Assembly: GCA_963693365.1 (NCBI GenBank)
Contig: CAVNZM010000001.1
Coordinates: 17,780,783-17,844,782, forward strand
Length of the DNA: 64,000 bases
Direction: 5' to 3'
Source of the DNA: Amoebidium appalachense
Taxonomy: Eukaryota; Protista; Ichthyosporea
Shown: piece by piece, positions 50,806 through 64,000 of the stretch
Layout of the letters: every line of letters begins with the position of its first letter
Position numbering within the stretch: the stretch's first letter is position 1
Translations under genes and position numbers: made by a program
Notes under the pieces: generated by a model
The model's input: only the letters and a program-made list of their open reading frames with translations
Database searches by the model: none
What the model was told of the DNA's origin: nothing

Positions 50806-51929
50806 GAGACGTGGTGCCATGCTCTGTTCGGTCTCAGGCCTGTTTCTGTATAAAGCCGGGCGACTCCGAACTGAAGAGACATCCAATGAAATCCAATCAG
50901 CTTCCCGTTTACAATCAGCATCAGCCAATCCTTCTTATTTTTATTTTATTTTATCCCGTTTCACTCCCGGCGAGGCAGTGCCTCAGGCAGTCAGGTCTTC
51001 CGCCTAGACACAGATCGTACTGTATAGCTAGCACACTTATAAGTCAGGATTCTAATTGACCCCAACTGGCACTATTTTTAGTTACGCCTTATCCCACGGT
51101 TCTAGCCGCAGCAACGCTAGTGGGGAAGTGAGCACAGCTCACTTTAACAACACCAGCCGGGAGCGACCCGGGACACATACACAAACATAAAGACTTGAAA
51201 GGGGAAGACCCCATGCCCAGGACGCTGACCCGAACCGTGGCCGGTGACTCGGATTGGTCTCCCACTTGAACGTTGGGCTGGGATGCCAAAGCGGCGCGCC
51301 GTCGACGTCAGAGGGCCGGTGCTGTTCATGACATCATGTCTTGCGGCCGGATGATAACAAATTGGTGGTGCTGCTTGAAGTGGTCTGGGGTGATGGCTTC
51401 TAGGGGGCGGCCAGGCCGGTGGACCGTCAGAAAAATCGGAAGTAACCAGGATCGATCCTGCGACTTTGAGCTTTGGCCCCGGCCCGAAAAGCTAAAAGAA
51501 ACCCCCTATGATGGTAAAGTGTTGCAAAAAAAGCAGATTATTGGATTGCCTGCTCGTTGTGTGCGGTTTACTGAGAACGTGGTTGGGTATCGATGGCACA
51601 AGTGCCTCAACGTTGTACGTATACCGTGTATGTCGTAAGTCGCGGCAGTAGACATAATAAGTTATTATCCATCGCATTGTGCTCGTGCGAACGGTCGTAA
51701 TTATAAATCACTGAAGGTCGTGGAAACGAAAGAACTTCCTGATCGTCTAATAAGGACGTAACGGTTGTACATGGGTGAAAAGTTTGCTGTTGCATTTCGA
51801 ATTCGAAACCGTCATCACAAGCAGCTGCATGATACAGTGACTGCATCAATCTCAAAAAGGATGTCTTCTGTAGCTACACCGTGATACTTGACATATGTGG
51901 ATCCGGAACAAACTACACTTGTCAAAGAG

Positions 51930-51969
<40 letters not shown>

Positions 51970-52133
51970 TTCCCTCCCTTCCCCTGAGTCCTCCCCCATG
52001 GCCACCCACCCACCCGGCCCCACCGAAGCCCCCGGGGCCGGCGCCCCTCTTCCTCTCGTTCCCCATATCAATTTGTTCCAAGTACCCGGTTTCCACTATA
52101 TAAAGGTTCCCCTTTGAAATTTCTCCTCCCTCA

Positions 52134-52202
<69 letters not shown>

Positions 52203-53727
52203 CTCGGTACCCCTGGCCCCTCAGCTCCTCCTTAGAAAGACGGTACTGTGCGTAAGTGTGGCGGCGGAGCTTACATGCCGCAAAGCTTTAAGAATGTAGG
52301 CTCACTGAGTTATGGCTTCTTTTATGAACGTTCGAATTCGCGGAGGAGTCGGACTGAGGGGCCACATCCACGCGCGCCGGGGTGTTAGCTATGATTCGCA
52401 ACTGGCCCATCGAAGCCTTGCAGGGAAGTTGCAGCTATTATAACTAATATAATTAGCACTGAAAACGTGATAGTAGTAGCTACCACGAGGGTCGGGCCCA
52501 TGGCCCGCAAAGGTTCTCAATAAGGGAAAAAGTAGAAATAAAAAGACATTCATATAGACCCACTGCCCACATGCTACAGCCCTGCACGCACGCAGTGCGA
52601 GCCATTTCAAGTCACGTGATGCGTGCACGGTGCAGAACACAGAAGCACGTGTCGTGTGCACGGGTTTACTGAACCACCAGCACCTGAGCACGTGGCAGCC
52701 TGGCCGTTCCACTATTTGATTGGTTGTAACGCCACCGGCACAGTGAATAAGCCAATGAAAAGTTTGTTGATTGTGGTACACAGACTCTGAACGCGTAGTT
52801 TCAGAGTTTTGGAAGCTTTCATGCCCAAATTTTGTGGAATTTATTCATTTTAAAAGCGTGAGGGGTAAAATTTTGTGAATTTTTTTTGTGCTTTCTGTTG
52901 ATTTTCCCCCTCTTTCAAGGAGAAATCTATCTTGCCGGGTCACGGTAGTACGGTACCACCTTAAGGAGTGGTGCCTGTTTAGCCAATCATTCACAACTGG
53001 AGGAGGGTAATTGATTAGCCAACAGATCTCAGATCACTCCAAATCAGGGCAACATCAGGGTACTAAAAAAAAAAATAATAAATAGTAATATTATGTAAGA
53101 TTTTATATATTATAAATAACCAAAAAGTTGTCTATTATTTTAGACTTTACTTGAGACCAAAAATGTATGTTTACATTCTATCTCATATTAGCTGCTGATC
53201 AAAGTATTTGCACTCCTTAACAACCAGTCTAGGGAGACAGTCAGCATGCCACAGACGCTTCGGCAGACGGACTGCCAACAACCAACACCATCAAACATGC
53301 GACTTAGTGCCTTCTTCAATCCAAAAAATCGAACAGCAGAAAACCCAATCTAGCTGATGACTAGTGTGTTAAATTCACGACGCTGTATGCAGACACTTAG
53401 CTTGGTTTGTTGTCAGCCATAGGGAAAAGCCAACCCCTGCCACGCAGTGCATGACGAAAGACCCGAATTCATTGAAGTTGAGCCAAAAGTCACATGCAGA
53501 GCCTATAATTACTAATATTCACTCGTTGCACTTGTGCTCTGTAAACAAATTGAGCAAAAAAGAAATGTTTCTTTGACATTTGCACAGGTAAAGGGGCTAC
53601 GGGCAGAGTAGTTTTTGTGGGTCTTAGCGTCTCGTACTTGTTTCTCAAAGTATCGCAGTCGTTTACGTTTCCTTAACAGTGAAAACAACCCAAACCCACA
53701 AGGTTTTAACCAAATTCACACACAAAA

Positions 53728-58080
<4,353 letters not shown>

Positions 58081-58349
58081 AATGGATGGGTGATTTTTTA
58101 CATTTCATCTCCATTTTAATAAAAAATTTACTTTTTTTTTTCCGGGGGGGGGGGGGGGGGGGGGAGACTGATGGGTATGGGCAGGTGGGGGTTTTTTTTT
58201 TTGTGTGTATGTGCCTGTGCGTGGGTGCCCTTCTAGAGAGATGGATTTGGGGGGGGGGGAGGGGGGGGGGGGGAGGGGGGGGGGGGGGGAGGGGGGAGGG
58301 GCATGGATGTCTGGCCAGGCTTTCATAACACACTGATTGGTACAGCAAT

Positions 58350-58397
<48 letters not shown>

Positions 58398-59069
58398 GAC
58401 GTGTATAATTTTGTGGCAGAAAAAGGGGGGGGGGGGGGGGGGGGGGGGGGGAAGATAATGGGTGTGGACACTCCAGACTTCGGGCAAATTAGTTGGTCTT
58501 GCAAGGTCCTGTATTGTTTTCTTGCATGATCGGATTGAAAGGGAAAAGGGCGGTACTATAACTTCACCTTTTTCCTTTGGAACTACGGTTTTGTTTTTTG
58601 TTTCTGGATAAAATCTGTGCTGAACTTGCTACTAGTGTCCAACACCAGGTGTGACTAGCTGAAGTACTCTGATAAGATTTCAGTACTTTGTCTTTTTTTC
58701 GGCAGATAAAACGTAATGTATCATGTTTCTGAAAGGCGGAGCCTACCTACTATGCTAAGCCTTTACGGTAGCTTTTCACGGCCTCATTTTTTTTGCCTTA
58801 CTTGAAATTCACGGTGGTTTCAATTGTGTGCAGCATGTTTGGACTAGTGCGTACCATGAATATTTTTTTTTCTTTTGACTGGATATTCCGAATCTCAGAA
58901 TTTTTTTATTTTCATAATGACTTTATTGATATGCTCAGCAAAATAGAAGCCATCGAGATATCACCGATATCTCGGAGAAGAAAATACAAAAGCCCTCACT
59001 CTCGGATACGGAGGAGATAACGACTTAAATAATCATACACCCTAGAAAACTCGTTAAACATACCGTGGT

Positions 59070-59700
59070 TCAACAGATAGTCAATAGACGTAATATCAGG
59101 ATATCTAAATAAGCCAGTCTTCTAATTTTTAACGGAATAATCTGAGATAAATAAATACATCTATCTAAGTGTTTACGAGAAAAAGGTCCTGCGCAAAAGT
59201 GGCACAAACATTTATGGAAACAAAGGTTACAGCACCAAAATAAACATTTCCAAGCTATATCACAAGGAGGGGTTAGGATTGCAAAATCGGTAAGTGTGGT
59301 AGGTTTACGAGAGGAAGGATAAATATAAGTAGCTAATTTACACAACGATTGTAAAGAAAATAGACGAGTCTCTAATATAAAAAGAAGCACAGGCTCAAGA
59401 GCCCTACCATGATACTCTTTATCACAATGATGAAGCAAAGGATATTGAGTATGAAACCAAGTAACATACTGCTGATAACTAGTAGAAGAGAAAAATAAAG
59501 GAGATAAGTATTTAAAAGGATATCTCGGAATGGGATCACAACGATGAAGCAAAGGATATTGAGTATGAAACCAAGTAACATACTGCTGATAACTAGTAGA
59601 AGAGAAAAATAAAGGAGATAAGTATTTAAAAGGATATCTCGGAATGGGACATACTGCTGAAAACTAAAAAAAAAACTTTCCGGAATAGCCAAGGCATCCG
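59070..59700 (-). mobile_element. LINE ORF2 C-terminal fragment with a CCHC-type zinc motif and an internal ~115-bp tandem duplication
   Basis: LATYIYPSSRK..LTD..CLFW..N..F..C.CHFCAGPFSRKHLDRC resembles the C-terminal C-x2-C..F-x-R-x-H..C motif of LINE ORF2. Duplication at ~59423-59537 and ~59538-59649. Confidence 0.55.
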
Positions 59701-59904
59701 ATCCTTGACTACCCCGGTTGGAGTTATAGCTTAAAGGGTCATTTATAACTTATATGGTCTTGCTTTCATTGCTTTATTGGCTCGACTCACACTACACAAT
59801 ACCGGATCGGATCGTCCCAAATTACACAAACCCGACCCACTGGACCGAATCCACTAGAAGCTACTGCTACCGAGGGAGCACACACCCCCAGACACACACA
59901 CACA

Positions 59905-59947
<43 letters not shown>

Positions 59948-60033
59948 ATGCCCGTGTGCAGATATCTATGTTATGTGCGTCTGCGCGCGCAGGCGTGTGT
60001 GTGGTGTGCGCGTGCGCACATGTGTGTGTTTGT

Positions 60034-60115
<82 letters not shown>

Positions 60116-60169
60116 TCTGTGTGTGTGTGTGTGTGTGTATGTGTGTGTGTGTGTAGTGGTGATGTAGGT

Positions 60170-63100
60170 TTGCTAGCTTATAATTTTTCGGAAGAAGATG
60201 TGCCAAAGTTTATGTTTATTACCTAGTAATCTTGGCCATGTTCAGTCTCTGACTGAGCAAACCCTTGCAGAAATCTACGTGGTTGCGGATATTAACAGCT
60301 CTGGTGTTCTTGATTTTCGCGTGTCTGCTGCAACCGGCCGGGCAGCGGGGTACGCTGGCATGGCGTAGTCTTTAGGATTGGTGCCTAGCCCACATCCGTC
60401 CTTAAGATGTAGTCCTGCTGGGCGGGGCACATATGATAATCCTATGTATTCAGATGAGGTGGATTATGGTTAGCTATCCGTTCTTTGTATACTAGTGCAT
60501 GCACGACCGCCACGGGTGTCTGTAATAGTGAGGGTAATATGTTGATGATAATGTTGTTGATATGGAGCTGGATGACGGTTTGGGGGTTGAACCCCCCTCT
60601 CGCCAGCATCCTGCTCCAATAAATCTGCCACATTTATCGGCGACCCCTTTAGTAGATACCCCCACTTTTCAAACAGAGTCAGGGGCCACTGTGATCACTG
60701 ACTCTGCACCGATAGGTGTTGGCTCTCCGGGTACCCATAATGGGACCCGTGAAGCCCAACCACAGACAGCACCCACCGCCACCCACCGTATACCATGGAA
60801 ATTTAGTTTTCCTGAGTATACCCCAAAATTAAAAGCGTGTGTTTCCTCATTTTTGGATAAGCATTATGATGTGTTTTTTTAAAATGAGCATGACTATGGC
60901 AGACTGCATGGGTTCGAGGCCACTTTAGACACAGGTGACCATCCACCAATCAAAGTGAAGCAATGGCGCCTAGAGAAAGTAAAGTTAGAAGCGGCACAGA
61001 AAATTGTAGATGAAATGATTGAAAAGGACGAAGCAGAGCCTGCAGAAGGTTCTCCTTGGCAGTTCCCTATTTCTTAGTGCCAAAAAACCAACCTGGCCAA
61101 TTCAGGATGGTCCAGGATATGCGGAAATTAAATGAATTCTTCGTAAAGACTCATATCCCCTCCCTAATATTACTGAAGAATTGGAACGTGCACAAGGTGC
61201 ACGCATTCTTACAAAGTTTGATACGGATCGTGCATTTTGGCAAATGTATTATGATAAAGAATCGCGCCCAAAAACGGCGTTCGCTTATTTAATTTAGGCA
61301 ATAAGCTGTACCAATATAAAGTTATGGTTATGGGTGCTAGTAATAGCCCCCCTACTATCATGCGTGCAATGCATTGGGTGTTAAAAGACCACCTAGATGA
61401 TTGCATTATTTGTATTGATGGTCTTATATTTTATGCGCAGACAGAAGATGAATTATTTTCGAAAATGGATGCTGTCCTTACTACACTAGCTAAGCATAAC
61501 CTCAGCTCGATGCTAGTAAGGCAGAGATCGCGGTACCATGATCATCTATCGAAGCCTTAGGGCACATTTTATCTGCAGATGGTATTATGATCCATCCTAA
61601 GCGCATAAAAGCAGTTGCAGAGTGGCCTATTCCTAAAACGGTCACCCAATTGCGACAATTTTTAGGTGTCACAAATATCTCAGGTGATATATTAAAAATT
61701 ACGCGTGCATGGCCGCACCCTTAACAAAATTAACGGGTGGCCACGCAGCGAAGAAATTAAATATAGAAAAAGATAGCACACAGCTGCAAGCATTTTATCA
61801 TTTACGCACTGAACACTCTTACCAAACCACCTGTGCTTGTGCTTCCTTATTTTAGTAAAGATGCGGGTGAGTTTGTCGTTAGGACAGATGCGTGCGCTAT
61901 CTCTATGGGGGGCTGCCTATACCAGACCCAAGCCGATGGGTCTCTGCGTGTGGTGGCATATTTTTCCAAATTATTTCCCCCCACAGAAAAACGTTATTCC
62001 ACCAGTGAGAGGGAAGCTTAGCCTTAGTATATGCTCTCACACATGAGTGGAGAGTATATCTCTATGATCGGAAATTTCGCGTATATACGGATCATAAGCC
62101 GAATTTATGTATTACTGGGGGCACACGTATTGCTAACAATAGGATTTATCGCTGGGCTGCAAAGCTGCAAGGCTTTGACTTCCAGTTATTTTATAAAAAG
62201 GGTTCTGACTTTCCGGAAGCTGATGGCATCAGTCGCATTCCTTATGCAGCTGAGGACCAATCAGACGAACCGCCTGCAGATCACTCTCAGGAAGCAGATA
62301 GATGGGTGCATTATGATAAAACTTTGATGATACTGAGTTAGAGCGTGTAGTAGTCTCGTCAGTTCATTTTCCTGACTCAGATTCCTACACTACTCCTTCT
62401 CACGCCCCTATGCCTTTGCAAGCGCATGTCGCAGCATGCTTACCATATTTGGGTATATCCGCCACCCATATTCACATAAACCTTTCTCCGCCAGCGGACG
62501 GTCTCTGAGAAATTAGTTTAGAAGGGTCCCTTCGTTCGGTGATGGTTAAACAGAGAGCGGATGTGAATTCTCTTGATGTAGTGCAGGTTCCCCTGCATAC
62601 AGAAGAAGATTCGCATGTTTTTTACCTTAATAATTTTGCTTCCAAAAATGGCAATACCTCTCAAAATCCCCCTTCGCATCCTGTGCAGATGGCTGCCTTA
62701 GCTGGGGCTGGCTACCAGAGAGATGCGATAGTAGCAGCACAACGTAATGATCCCCTATGTGGTGATATCATTACTTTGCTGTCTACAAAAGTCCCTGGGG
62801 GTTCCAAAAAGCATGAATACATGCAAAAACTAACGCAAAATATCACACGGAACAACACTTCTCCCTTAGAAAATATGGAAGAAAATGTACAGGACGCCAC
62901 ACCACGTATTAGTAATGCGAAGAGGAGAAAACTCGCTCGCATTGCTCGTCACTGTTTTGTGGAAAATAATGTCTTATATTATTTTTCTCCGGATGGTAGA
63001 AAGTTGTTCGTTCCTGAGGTCTTATATCACGAATTATTAGAGAGTGTGCACGATAAGATGGGCCATTTTGGTGTGCATCGCACGTTAAAGGCGCTGCGCG

Positions 63101-64000
63101 CGTATTATTGGCCAGGTATGAGTAGGTATGTGCATAGGTGGGTGCGCTCGTGTGTTGGGTGTCAGGCCCGTAATTCTGACCCACACATGAATGTTAGACC
63201 ATCCCCACCTCCATCCCTCACTCCTACAAAATTATTCGAAAGAATAAGTATTGATACGATCGTGCCCTCTAAACCTTACAAAAATGGAAATACCAAAATT
63301 GTCTTTATTATTGATATTCCTACTAGATAGGCATAAGCCTTTGCGGTAACCGATGAAACGGCTGCCACAATTGCTCGGCTTATCTTGGACAAGTTTTGTT
63401 ATGTTTATGGCCCACCTAGGTCATTATTGTCTGACCGTGGTGCAAAATTTCTTTCGGAGATAGTGCTAGAGCTGTGTAAAATGTTGAATATCACAAAACT
63501 TAACACAGCAGCTTATCACCCTCAAACTAATGCCATAAATGAACGGTCCCACAGACCTATTAATGATGCCATTAGTAAGTATGTGAATTTGGATGGACAT
63601 GATGGGGATGAATATCTAGCTCCCGTTATGTTTGGGTATATAGTTACCCCACATGCGGCTACTGGGTATTCACCATATTATCTCGTATTCGGGCAACATC
63701 ATCCTACCCTTTTTCCGGACGTCTCAGGCTCTTTTGCCTCCTGGGGAACCCATGAAGCAACCAGATCTAGAGTACACTGCTCTAAGGGAAAAAGCGATAT
63801 GGCAAATTCAGATTGTGCGGCATATGCAAATGAATAAGCCACCTGAATATGCTAAGAATAATTCGCAAAAATCAGATCAAGTTGCGAAAATTCGCAAATT
63901 TTTCAGAGGAGGCCCAGTGATGATCAATGCTTCTGAGCATCCCGGTAAATTTTTCCCTCGTTGGCACCACGGATTCGAGGTGGTCAAGCAAGTGGGAGAA
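60170..64000 (+). mobile_element. Decayed Ty3/gypsy pol (RT, RNase H, integrase), running off the window end
   Basis: LDTGDHPPIK, SPW..P..LVPK..FRMVQDMRKLN, YQYKVMVMGASNSP, degenerate catalytic CIDGL, VRTDA..MGGCLYQ..VAYFSK..EKRYS..ERE, HHCC finger HDKMGH..YWPGM..CVGC, GPPRSLLSDRG, AYHPQTNAINER. Order RT-RH-IN, many stops and frameshifts. Confidence 0.92.

Noticed and set aside
50865-50900. CTGAAGA...GAAA hammerhead-like motif
   Set aside because: No stem II, stem III or cleavage-site pairing could be built.

Overview
This is eukaryotic nuclear DNA with GT-AG introns packed with (CA)n/(GT)n tracts and long poly-C/poly-G runs. It is most likely from an ichthyosporean such as Amoebidium, which I infer from the architecture of the mitochondrial insert. 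Four host genes can be assembled by hand: (1) a 10-exon class C (GABA-B-like) 7TM receptor whose ectodomain looks like a bacterial ABC sugar-binding protein (minus, 1289-9669); (2) ABCE1/RLI1 (16 exons, plus, 31332-43911); (3) a single-exon secreted, probably GPI-anchored protein (46795-47448); (4) a 3-exon coiled-coil orphan (53728-58080). From 14 to 30 kb there is a pile-up of foreign DNA: an internally deleted piggyBac-like element, an apparently complete 7.9-kb linear mitochondrial chromosome, a Ty3/gypsy integrase-chromodomain relic and a LINE relic. The mitochondrial segment has 44-bp terminal inverted repeats, an intact nad4 (TGA=Trp), tRNAs and a group II intron domain V. The window ends with a LINE 3' fragment and a decayed Ty3/gypsy pol. 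The most unusual signal is a 37-nt element in nine copies, alone or as part of a ~150-nt module, that in most copies sits at the same T-loop position (TT^CAAG) of different mitochondrial tRNA-like genes. Other notable signals are the whole-chromosome mitochondrial insert, the SBP-GPCR fusion, a dispersed ~300-bp repeat with compensated long-hairpin pairing, and 3' splice sites built on (CA)n tracts. All calls are by eye. Homopolymer errors are evident, so single-base anomalies may be sequencing artefacts. Most ORF-track entries are microsatellite read-throughs.
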